Positions 9,925-18,042 of a stretch of DNA of 46,038 nt are shown one piece after another (positions within the stretch are counted from its first letter, which is position 1; every line of letters begins with the position of its first letter). Source of the DNA: Flavobacteriales bacterium UBA5692 (lineage in GTDB: Bacteria; Bacteroidota; Bacteroidia; Flavobacteriales_D; Sanyastnellaceae); assembly GCA_002420235.1 (NCBI GenBank), contig DIHQ01000091.1:1-46038 (forward strand). The letters run 5' to 3'. The notes under the pieces are model-generated. The model was not told the origin of the DNA, searched no databases, and saw only the letters and a program-made list of their open reading frames with translations. A program made the translations under genes and the position numbers.

Positions 9925-10758
9925 ATGACACAACATCGCATCCTGGTCCCCATGGACTTCACTCCTGTAAGTGATGTTGCTCTAGAACACGCGGTTGTTG
10001 TAGGTAAAGCGTTTCAGAGTGAAATTATGTTGCTCCACATCATCGGTTCCAAAAAGGAGATGACTGATGCCCGTCTGCGAATGGAAGCGTGGAAAAAAAA
10101 GGCTTCGGCCGAATACCCCCATGTGGTGCGCACAGCCGTGCGCATTGGCTCAATTTTTGAAGATATCGATGACGTAGCTGTTGAACAAGATGCCAGCTTA
10201 GTCATCATGGGCACCCACGGCCTCAAAGGGATGCAATTCTTGACCGGGGGACGCGCCTTGCGCATCGTCACGAATTGTTCCACACCATTTATCATCACGC
10301 AAGAGCGAGGGATAAAGGCATCCGGCTATGATGACATTGTTGTACCACTGGACTTGCACCAAGACACCAAGCAAAAGCTCTCCACCGTTGCAGAAATGGC
10401 CCAGTATTTCAATGGCCGCGTGCACATCATAAGCCCAGCTGAATCAGATGAATTCCTGCAAAACCAATTGAAGCGAAACATCAAATTTGCAGAGGAGTAT
10501 TTTACAGAAAGAGGGATCAAATACACTGTCAAAATTTCCGAATTCAGCTCGGGTGCATTTGTGAAGGACGTGGTCCGTTACGCAGCAGCCATCGAAGCGG
10601 ATTTAATCAGCATCATGAACCTGCATGATAAAAGCCTAATGGGCATCCTAGGGCAGACTTACGAGCAACAGATTGTTACGAACGAGGCTCAGCTTCCGGT
10701 TTTGATTATTAACCCGATTGAGACCCGAGTAATCCGTGGATCAGTCTTCGCCCAATAG
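9925..10758 (+). CDS. Universal stress protein, tandem USP domains
   Basis: 277 aa. The first half contains LVIMGTHG..G and the second half repeats the USP fold (DLISIMN). Confidence 0.8.
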   Translation: MTQHRILVPMDFTPVSDVALEHAVVVGKAFQSEIMLLHIIGSKKEMTDARLRMEAWKKKASAEYPHVVRTAVRIGSIFEDIDDVAVEQDASLVIMGTHGLKGMQFLTGGRALRIVTNCSTPFIITQERGIKASGYDDIVVPLDLHQDTKQKLSTVAEMAQYFNGRVHIISPAESDEFLQNQLKRNIKFAEEYFTERGIKYTVKISEFSSGAFVKDVVRYAAAIEADLISIMNLHDKSLMGILGQTYEQQIVTNEAQLPVLIINPIETRVIRGSVFAQ

Positions 10759-10762
10759 AAGT

Positions 10763-12565
10763 TTAAACCCGGACACCGACTACTAAAACGTCGTCCACTT
10801 GCTCTTCTTTTCCTTTCCAATCGTGAAAGGCTTTGGCTAACGCCTCCTCCATCTCTTTACTTTCCAAGGATGCGACGTGCAGGAGTAGTTCACGAAACCG
10901 TTTCCGCATAAATTTCTTGCCTCTCGGACCACCAAATTGATCGGAGAAGCCGTCGGTTGCTGCGAAGATAACATCGCCCTTCACAAGCGTCATGGTCTGC
11001 ATTTGATACTGCCGCATGCCCGGCTCGAATGAGGCGATGGCCATCTTGTCGGGTTTTAGTTCTTGAAGTACTCCCTTGCGCACCAAATACAGCGGGCAAT
11101 TAGCTCCGCTGTACTCCAATTCCATCTTTTCCATATCAATGCTTACAAAAGCGAGGTCCATACCATCATTAACCGCACCAGCGGTGGCACTTTCAGCTCC
11201 AAAACCATTCGGACGCAAAAGCGCGCATGCCGACCGATTCAATTGTTCCAATACGCGATCCGGTTGTGTGTAAACCTTGGTAATGCGTTCGAGCGCATGG
11301 TGCCCAATCAAACTCATGAACGCCCCTGGCACACCGTGACCCGTGCAGTCGATGGCTGAAAACATGCGCACACGACCTACGGAATGAAACCAATAAAAAT
11401 CTCCAGACACCCCGTCACGCGGCTGGTAGAAGACCGCCGATGAGTCGAAAACCTTTGCTCGATCAGTTTCAGTCGGCAAAATGGCTTGTTGGATTCGCTT
11501 GGCGTAGTCAATACTATCACGTAAGTCACCATAAAGCGATTCGACTACGGCCTTCTGTTCTTTCACTTCTGCCGTGCGCTGATCAACTTTCGCTTCCATC
11601 TCACGTTCGTTATTAGCGAGATCATCGCGCATCTTCAAAATGGCCTGTCCCAACGCATCGTCCTCACTAAGCGGCATGTATTCCGCTTCGAATTGGCCTT
11701 GACCTACCTGCAAACTGAATTCACGGGTTCGACTCAATCCATCCGCAAGTCGGTTGACCGCAACTGCCATTTCACCAATTTCATCCCCTGAAGACTCCAC
11801 CTTTTTCTCCAGAGGAGCTCCTCGCCCCATGTAAATCAAGGCTCGCTTTAGTTCTCCGATGGGGCGGACGATCGAGCGCGTCACCCACCAGGCGATGAGC
11901 AGGCCGAGGATCAGAATACCCAGTGCCACATTTCCGGCATACAACTGCAGTTGCGAACCCATCGCGTCCATCTGAGCCGTTGAAGTTCGGAGTGCGTTAG
12001 TCTGAGCCTGTGACATAGCATCCATGTGGCGGCGAATCGACTCAGTAAAAGCGGGTATACTCGACCCGTCCAAGGCATAATATTCAGCATCCATCATTGC
12101 GATCGGGTCGTCGTAAGCTTGGAATGAAGGCAGCAGCCTTATCACCTCTCTGTACACCAGGAACAGATGTTCAATATCCCGGCTCAAAGAATCAAATCGT
12201 AATTGTAGCGCAGGGTCGGACCAATTAGCCACCAAGGGCAACAAATCTTGGACTTTTTCGGGGATGTCTTCATCCATCAACCGTTGCAATTGAATCTTTT
12301 CTGGATCTCTCGGGCCTGACTGCACGGAGAGCCAGTGTCGAATTAGGATTCGTGTTTCACTAACCGAACGATCTAGCGCTTCCAATTTTTGAATGCTCGG
12401 CGTCAATACGCCATCGATGTGACGGCTGAGTTGCTGGCTCTCTTCCAAGGTGCTGCGCGTGATCAAGAACAACGCCCCTACGGCCAAACCAAACACGCCA
12501 AAGCCAGCGGATATGCGCCATCCGATTCCCCATTGCATTTTTCGGGGTGCCGACGTGTGAATCAT
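10763..12565 (-). CDS. Transmembrane sensor phosphatase: periplasmic helical domain, HAMP, coiled coil, PP2C/SpoIIE domain
   Basis: 600 aa. It has two TM segments (GFGVFGLAVGALFLI and VALGILILGLLIAWWV) flanking about 170 aa. A HAMP-like segment follows (RSIVRPIGELKRAL..DEIGEMAVAVNRLADGL). The C-terminal region has PP2C motifs (VSGDFYWF, DCTGHGVPGA, ATDGFSDQFG). Confidence 0.85.
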   Translation of the reverse strand: MIHTSAPRKMQWGIGWRISAGFGVFGLAVGALFLITRSTLEESQQLSRHIDGVLTPSIQKLEALDRSVSETRILIRHWLSVQSGPRDPEKIQLQRLMDEDIPEKVQDLLPLVANWSDPALQLRFDSLSRDIEHLFLVYREVIRLLPSFQAYDDPIAMMDAEYYALDGSSIPAFTESIRRHMDAMSQAQTNALRTSTAQMDAMGSQLQLYAGNVALGILILGLLIAWWVTRSIVRPIGELKRALIYMGRGAPLEKKVESSGDEIGEMAVAVNRLADGLSRTREFSLQVGQGQFEAEYMPLSEDDALGQAILKMRDDLANNEREMEAKVDQRTAEVKEQKAVVESLYGDLRDSIDYAKRIQQAILPTETDRAKVFDSSAVFYQPRDGVSGDFYWFHSVGRVRMFSAIDCTGHGVPGAFMSLIGHHALERITKVYTQPDRVLEQLNRSACALLRPNGFGAESATAGAVNDGMDLAFVSIDMEKMELEYSGANCPLYLVRKGVLQELKPDKMAIASFEPGMRQYQMQTMTLVKGDVIFAATDGFSDQFGGPRGKKFMRKRFRELLLHVASLESKEMEEALAKAFHDWKGKEEQVDDVLVVGVRV

Positions 12566-12605
12566 GTCGGCAATTTAACGCGGGAAGGGCAGCTTTTGGC
12601 GGCCG

Positions 12606-13541
12606 TTACTTTTTCTTCAAAACCGCTGCAATCTTACGTTTGTAAACTTCAGATTCATCCGGCCGGGAGAGCGCATAATAAACCGTCATTAAGCCCTTCA
12701 GGGTTTCCAAGCGATCAGGTCGCTGCTCATGGGCTTTCTGCATAGGGATTAGCGCTTCCTCAAACAAACCGACGCAAACGTCTTGGATTTCCATAAGTTC
12801 AAACATCGACGTTTCGTGATTAATCCGCTTGAGCTGGCGGACTCCGTGATTGTAAAGGGTTATGGATAAGTTGTAAAGGGTCGGGTAATGCGCCGGCACG
12901 AATTTGAGGGAGGTCACGTAGTGATTAACTGCGGCATCGAAGAGGGCTTGTTCCTTTGGGGTGTCCGCAAACCTCTGCGCTTCAAGCAACCGCGCGTGCG
13001 CCTGACCGAGATAGCGATGCAAGTCCGCTCGTTGCTCGCTCACATCGTACATCGGATTCAGCGTTTGCAATATCGATTCATACCGGCCCATCAACGCTAA
13101 GATTTCTGGCTCTGCTCCTAGGGTAAATCCTTCCACCCGTTCAATAGCATCACGGAAATACGAACGTGCCAGAAAATCAAGGGCATCGCGCGCCGTCTGT
13201 TCATCACTTGCCGACAAGCCGCCCGTAGTCATCGCACGTTGCAGACTTCCAACCGCCCGGTTTCGATCATCTGCATCTTGGCCCGAGCCACCACTTGCCT
13301 TGAACTGTTCTTTTTGAATAAAACCCAACACAAACCAAGCACGTGCGTCTGTGGCAAGGGGCACGCGCTCCATCTCGGGAGCTAGGACCGAGTGGGCTTT
13401 GTCCCAATCACCAGCGCGCACAAAGGCCTCTGCGCGCTCAAGTGTACTTTGGGCATCCGCTGTCCACGTGCAAAGCTCAAAGAAAATAGCCATTAAGGCT
13501 ACGGTGAATCGTATAAATATTGGCTTGATCATGGTTTTCAT
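12606..13541 (-). CDS. Secreted TPR-like helical-repeat protein, function unknown
   Basis: 311 aa with a signal peptide (ALMAIFFELCTWTADAQ), then Ala/Leu-rich helical repeats with TPR-like spacing. Its start overlaps the stop of the upstream YfiR-like gene by 4 nt. Confidence 0.6.
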   Translation of the reverse strand: MKTMIKPIFIRFTVALMAIFFELCTWTADAQSTLERAEAFVRAGDWDKAHSVLAPEMERVPLATDARAWFVLGFIQKEQFKASGGSGQDADDRNRAVGSLQRAMTTGGLSASDEQTARDALDFLARSYFRDAIERVEGFTLGAEPEILALMGRYESILQTLNPMYDVSEQRADLHRYLGQAHARLLEAQRFADTPKEQALFDAAVNHYVTSLKFVPAHYPTLYNLSITLYNHGVRQLKRINHETSMFELMEIQDVCVGLFEEALIPMQKAHEQRPDRLETLKGLMTVYYALSRPDESEVYKRKIAAVLKKK

Positions 13542-14119
13542 TTAACAGCCCAAGACATGATTTTATTTCCAATCAGCACCCCCTTTTTTGCAGCATCCGG
13601 AGCATTGATTTCATATCGAATGCGATTGCCGATGGACACAAAGTTGATAACAGCACCCTGTTCCAATCCATCTGGCGAGTCCGATACCAATACCGTCGGG
13701 GTCTCTTCGAACTCCCGCGCGAGGCTTTTCAAAGCAGCACCTCCCACGTCGCAGTATACGAGGTGTTGAAAATCATCTAAGGGCAAGTCCCTGACTTGCG
13801 CGTAGCCATGCACTTGCAGGGGCTGGGCCCCAATCATTTTCATAGCGTACTTATCCAATAGCTCCGCGTAAAGCCGCTCATTTCCGACTACAGCCAAGTG
13901 GAAGGCACCCTCTTTGACCGATACTGGCCATTCATTCGATGCAGCGAAATGAAACAAGAAATTCGCCTTGGTCACTGCTCGTGTGTCAGTTTCGTCTATG
14001 TCATTTGTTGTGCCTTGACTCATGATTGACAAAGAGCACACAGAAAACGCTGTTAGGATTAAACCCCGAAGGACGCTTTTGGCGAGTGAGAATATTCGGA
14101 TATTTAAGACGAGAAGCAC
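13538..14119 (-). CDS. YfiR-family (DUF4154) periplasmic protein
   Basis: Carries KANFLFHFAASNEWP, then HLAVVGNERLYAELL, LVYCDVGG, TVLVSDSPDGLEQGAVINF and IRYEINAPDAAKKGVLIGNKI, which matches the DUF4154/YfiR pattern as I recall it. I place the start at GTG 14119 (MLLVLNIRIFSLAKSVLRGLILTAFSV signal-like), because the longer tracked ORF (to 14254) overlaps the ferritin gene. Confidence 0.7.
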   Translation of the reverse strand: MLLVLNIRIFSLAKSVLRGLILTAFSVCSLSIMSQGTTNDIDETDTRAVTKANFLFHFAASNEWPVSVKEGAFHLAVVGNERLYAELLDKYAMKMIGAQPLQVHGYAQVRDLPLDDFQHLVYCDVGGAALKSLAREFEETPTVLVSDSPDGLEQGAVINFVSIGNRIRYEINAPDAAKKGVLIGNKIMSWAVK

Positions 14120-14129
14120 GGAAATGGTT

Positions 14130-14630
14130 TTATGCTTTGTCCAAGGTGTTAATGTCGCGGTCAAAGAGGTATAAAGCCCCTTTATCTCCTCCCGCCAGCG
14201 CCAGCTTGTCGAGAAGTTTTCTCGCGAGGCCTTCTTCTTCAATTTGCTCGGCAACGTACCATTGCAAAAAATTATGCGTGGTGTAGTCTTTCAATCTCAA
14301 GCAGGTATCAACTAGGTCATTGATGCTTGCAGTTACCTTGGTTTCATGCTCCAAGATCAACTCAAAAATATGCTCGAGCCCATTGAATGATGTTTGTATT
14401 ACGCTAACTGCTGGGACCAAAGCTGTTCCACCGCGTTCATTTACGAATCGCATTAGCTTCAACATGTGCTGCCGCTCTTCTTCAGCATGAGCATATAAAA
14501 ACGCCGCTGTTCCATCAAATCCATTGGTTTCGGCCCACACAGCCATGGCCAGGTAGGCGTGGCTACTCTGGCCCTCCAACGTGATTTGAGCATTTAGTGC
14601 CTGTTCAATTTTTTCATGCAACATTGCCAT
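14130..14630 (-). CDS. Ferritin (non-heme, Ftn-like)
   Basis: From the internal Met the sequence reads MAMLHEKIEQALNAQITLEGQSSHAYLAMAVWAE..EEERQHMLKLMRFV, giving 166 aa with ferroxidase-centre Glu/His spacing. The upstream 35 codons of the tracked ORF are probably 5' UTR. Confidence 0.88.
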   Translation of the reverse strand: MAMLHEKIEQALNAQITLEGQSSHAYLAMAVWAETNGFDGTAAFLYAHAEEERQHMLKLMRFVNERGGTALVPAVSVIQTSFNGLEHIFELILEHETKVTASINDLVDTCLRLKDYTTHNFLQWYVAEQIEEEGLARKLLDKLALAGGDKGALYLFDRDINTLDKA

Positions 14631-14820
14631 GGTTTTCTTCGAAGATAGGCAACCGAAAAGTGGGAAAGAAGCAATTGCAATTTGTTCGCAATGGGCTATA
14701 AATCGCAGGCTGCTGCTCAAAGGTATTTTATGCACACCTCTTAATAATCAGCAAGCAACAGGTACTCCGGAGAACTAAGAATCCTCTTGAATCAAGGTTT
14801 CAATCACTAATTAAAACTTT

Positions 14821-15873
14821 TCATTTCTCGGTGAATGTTGGGAATCTTTTAGGGTGAACCTCGTCGGGCACAGCATCTCGTTCTCCAAGCATGGCTTCAA
14901 TGGTCCACCGGGCAACGGTAGGGCCAATGGTTACACCTCTGGCTCCCCAACCCAAACAGGCATGGTAGTATGGATAATCCTTTGAAATCATCCCTAATAT
15001 AGGGCGGCGATCAAAGCAAGTCGGTCGCAGACCCGCAAGGTGCTCCAAGCATTCAATTTCCCCAGGCGTTTTTCGGGCATTTGAAGCCCCTTGAATCAAG
15101 GCGCGAGGAGTGTCTTCTAAGCAAACGGGTTCGTGAATGCCCCAGTGGTACGTGGACCCCACACGATAAGTACCATCACCTAATGGCAACACCCAATTTG
15201 CGTTGTTAACAATGCGTTCCCCCCAAGATTCAGCCGGTTTGACCCTGATTACCTCCCCGTGGTTTCTTCTCAACTCGAGACCGAATGCAGCCAAATCCTC
15301 TGCGCCACCAGTACCACGACAATCTACAACGACATCAAACCCCTGAGGACAACCATCGGCCATTGTCCAAGGTCGCTGCTCCCAGCTACCCTGCTGTTGC
15401 CACTTCAATCGACTCGCTTCCGTTAAGGCAATAACGTTCACCCACCCAGCATCAGGAACAAGGCCAGCGCCGAAAGGCGCATTGATACTTTTATGCAAAC
15501 TCGAGATTTCCAAAACCTCTATGAATGGAGAAACTGCATGCCCTCCTGCCGCCCGTTCTACCCAGCATTTTGCGTACTCTTCATTGGCAAAAATCCGGAC
15601 AATTGGAAGGTCACGCCAAAGGATTGTACCAATTTGGGATTCTATCGTTTGGTACCGAGCGCGGGCTTCATCCTGCTGCGCTCTGGCATTCCATTGTGGT
15701 AGAATACGCTTGAAAGATACCGGATTTGACATTCCAGCAGCCACGTCAGAGGCTGCGGGACTTCCATCACTCCAGACCACAAATGAGCAGCCTCGGAGAT
15801 GCAATTCCCACGCGATTAGACAACCAGCGATCCCGTCACCGGCAATCAATACATGTGGGCGTTTTGGCGTCAT
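14821..15873 (-). CDS. FAD-dependent oxidoreductase (DAO family; ThiO/MnmC-oxidase-like)
   Basis: 350 aa with an N-terminal dinucleotide-binding motif ([17 protein letters not shown]) and a C-terminal GLRP..D..P..G DAO-type region. Its start overlaps the kbl stop by 4 nt. Confidence 0.75.
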   Translation of the reverse strand: MTPKRPHVLIAGDGIAGCLIAWELHLRGCSFVVWSDGSPAASDVAAGMSNPVSFKRILPQWNARAQQDEARARYQTIESQIGTILWRDLPIVRIFANEEYAKCWVERAAGGHAVSPFIEVLEISSLHKSINAPFGAGLVPDAGWVNVIALTEASRLKWQQQGSWEQRPWTMADGCPQGFDVVVDCRGTGGAEDLAAFGLELRRNHGEVIRVKPAESWGERIVNNANWVLPLGDGTYRVGSTYHWGIHEPVCLEDTPRALIQGASNARKTPGEIECLEHLAGLRPTCFDRRPILGMISKDYPYYHACLGWGARGVTIGPTVARWTIEAMLGERDAVPDEVHPKRFPTFTEK

Positions 15874-17075
15874 CCGCTTGCATCTAATACCTCGAGTTCT
15901 TCGCCGACCTTGCGGAACGCTTCGATTGCCCGATCCAGTTGAGCTCGGGTATGCGCCGCCGACAGTTGGACCCGAATCCGGGCTTCGCCTTTGGGCACTA
16001 CGGGGTAGAAGAAACCAATGACATAAATTCCCTCTTCGAGCAATCGATCTGCCATCACTTGCGATAGCTTGGCATCGCCAAGCATAACTGGTACTATGGC
16101 CGATTCACCGTCCTTTATGGGTAACCCGACACGGCGCATGCCCGCTTTGAAGTATGCAGTATTTTCCTCTAATCGATCCCGCAGTTCTGTGGACTCGCTC
16201 AGCATGGCAAACACTTCCAGCGAAGCCCCAACGATGCTAGGCGCCAAACTATTCGAGAATAAATACGGGCGCGATCGCTGACGCAGCATTTCGATGATTT
16301 CTTTGCGGCCAGTTGTGAATCCACCCATGGCACCACCCACCGCCTTACCGAGAGTACCCGTGATGATATCGACCCGGCCCAAAGCGTTGCGCAATTCGAT
16401 GCTACCACGACCGGTCTTTCCAATAAAGCCCGTAGCGTGGCATTCATCAACCATGACGAGCGCATCGTATTGTTCCGCGAGGTCGCAAATCTTATCAATC
16501 TGCGCTACGTACCCGTCCATCGAGAACACGCCATCGGTTACGATGACCTTAAACCGGTGATTGGCCTCAGCGGCCTTTCGCAATTGTACTTCCAAATCGG
16601 GCATGTCGTCATTGGCATAACGATAGCGCGCAGCCTTACACAAGCGCACCCCGTCAATAATACTCGCGTGGTTTAACGCGTCGGAGATGATGGCGTCTTC
16701 AGGGCCAAGTAATGGCTCGAACACTCCGCCATTCGCATCAAATGCCGCAGCGTACAAAATGGTGTCTTCTGTCTGATGAAATTCGGCAATCTTGGCCTCC
16801 AGCTCTTTGTGGATATCCTGGGTGCCGCAGATGAACCGCACGCTTGACATCCCAAACCCGTGGGTATCAATCGCACGCTTAGCCGCTTCACAGACGCGGG
16901 AATCGCTGCTCAAGCCCAAATAGTTGTTGGCACAGAAGTTCAAGACTTTCGACCCATCGGCTAGTGTGATTTCAACGTCTTGAGCACCGGCGATGATCCG
17001 TTCAGATTTGAATAAACCAGCAGCGGTGATTTGCTCGAGCTCAGACTCGAGGTGAGATTGCATGGAACCGTACAT
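15870..17075 (-). CDS. kbl: Glycine C-acetyltransferase (2-amino-3-ketobutyrate CoA ligase)
   Basis: 401 aa with [39 protein letters not shown] (a Kbl-type N-terminus), the PLP lysine context GTLGKAVGG, and DECHATGF. Confidence 0.9.
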   Translation of the reverse strand: MYGSMQSHLESELEQITAAGLFKSERIIAGAQDVEITLADGSKVLNFCANNYLGLSSDSRVCEAAKRAIDTHGFGMSSVRFICGTQDIHKELEAKIAEFHQTEDTILYAAAFDANGGVFEPLLGPEDAIISDALNHASIIDGVRLCKAARYRYANDDMPDLEVQLRKAAEANHRFKVIVTDGVFSMDGYVAQIDKICDLAEQYDALVMVDECHATGFIGKTGRGSIELRNALGRVDIITGTLGKAVGGAMGGFTTGRKEIIEMLRQRSRPYLFSNSLAPSIVGASLEVFAMLSESTELRDRLEENTAYFKAGMRRVGLPIKDGESAIVPVMLGDAKLSQVMADRLLEEGIYVIGFFYPVVPKGEARIRVQLSAAHTRAQLDRAIEAFRKVGEELEVLDASG

Positions 17076-17089
17076 TTTTCAAAATTAGG

Positions 17090-17989
17090 TCAAAACCCGC
17101 GCGTCCAATGCACCGATTTGGCAGACGCAACGCCCAAAATGACGGACTCGTTCTCGGCTAAGTGACCAACGGAGATATCGTAGACGATGGGAGTCATTTC
17201 CGGAACATGATTCTCTAACATTTGACGGACGTCTCTGCCGAAAGGGTTGTCAAAGGACTGACCGTGCGCAATTGTGTTGTCGCGCAACTCTGTGAAGGCT
17301 CCAACCAATATTCCCCGAACACGCTCAAAAACCCCAGCAAGCCTAAGCGCAAGTAACATCCGGTCAACGTGGTAGAGGTATTCATCCAAGTCCTCGAGCA
17401 GTAGCCAAGCTCCATCTACCGGTGGAAAAAACGGCGTGCCGAGCAGGCTATACAAAACGGATAAATTTCCCCCAACAACAGCAGAATTTAGTTCAGAAGA
17501 TTCATCCTCCATTTGCACCATGGACTGCCACATGTCGCTCTGGACCTTCGCAGAGGCCTGACCATAAGTACTGCCCACAGGCGCGTGCAGGGTAGCTATA
17601 CCGTTAATCTGCGCCCAACAATGCAAAGCCGTCACGTCGCTGAACCCGACCAACCACTTCGGGTCGGTCAAAAATGCTTTTGCATCCAATAGGGGCAACA
17701 AACTGGCACACCCATACCCTCCGCGCATGGCCCAAATGGCACGGACTCTATCGTCTAAAAAACCAGTATTCAGGTAGTCTGAACGATCTGCGGCTGACCC
17801 TGCAAATTGACCGTCACGCTCGAGTAATCCATCGTAGGATATCGGGGTATAACCCGCCAACCGAATGTGCTGCTCAGCGGCGGTAACTTGATCCTCAGTA
17901 ACAAAACGTGCGGGAGCAACGAGGAGAACTCCATCTCCAGGTTGTAAGGTTTTGGGGATTCGACAGGGAAATGGCATGTTTCCACGCAA
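17090..17989 (-). CDS. ldcA: LD-carboxypeptidase (peptidase S66, muramoyltetrapeptide carboxypeptidase)
   Basis: 299 aa with AMRGGYG, the Ser nucleophile context GFSDVTALH, and the EDLDEYLYHVDRML Glu/His region. The start could instead be the Met at 17977. Confidence 0.85.
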   Translation of the reverse strand: MRGNMPFPCRIPKTLQPGDGVLLVAPARFVTEDQVTAAEQHIRLAGYTPISYDGLLERDGQFAGSAADRSDYLNTGFLDDRVRAIWAMRGGYGCASLLPLLDAKAFLTDPKWLVGFSDVTALHCWAQINGIATLHAPVGSTYGQASAKVQSDMWQSMVQMEDESSELNSAVVGGNLSVLYSLLGTPFFPPVDGAWLLLEDLDEYLYHVDRMLLALRLAGVFERVRGILVGAFTELRDNTIAHGQSFDNPFGRDVRQMLENHVPEMTPIVYDISVGHLAENESVILGVASAKSVHWTRGF

Positions 17990-18042
17990 GATGGCAAGGG
18001 ATGCGGAAAATGCCCGAAATTTGCAGCACTTTAATACCCATT

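Noticed and set aside
13538-14735. Apparent 125-nt overlap between the tracked YfiR-like ORF (to 14254) and the ferritin ORF, and the 35-codon ferritin N-terminal extension
   Set aside because: Both are resolved by internal starts (GTG 14119 and ATG 14630). These give a signal peptide and a canonical ferritin N-terminus respectively, so there is no real gene overlap.
15482-16021. 179-aa plus-strand ORF spanning the kbl/oxidoreductase junction
   Set aside because: It runs antisense to two well-supported genes and is Arg/Pro/Ser-rich shadow sequence.
17908-18042. 45-codon upstream extension of metG overlapping the ldcA 5' end
   Set aside because: MetRS homology starts near the HIGH motif just after ATG 18043, and the extension overlaps a well-supported divergent gene.
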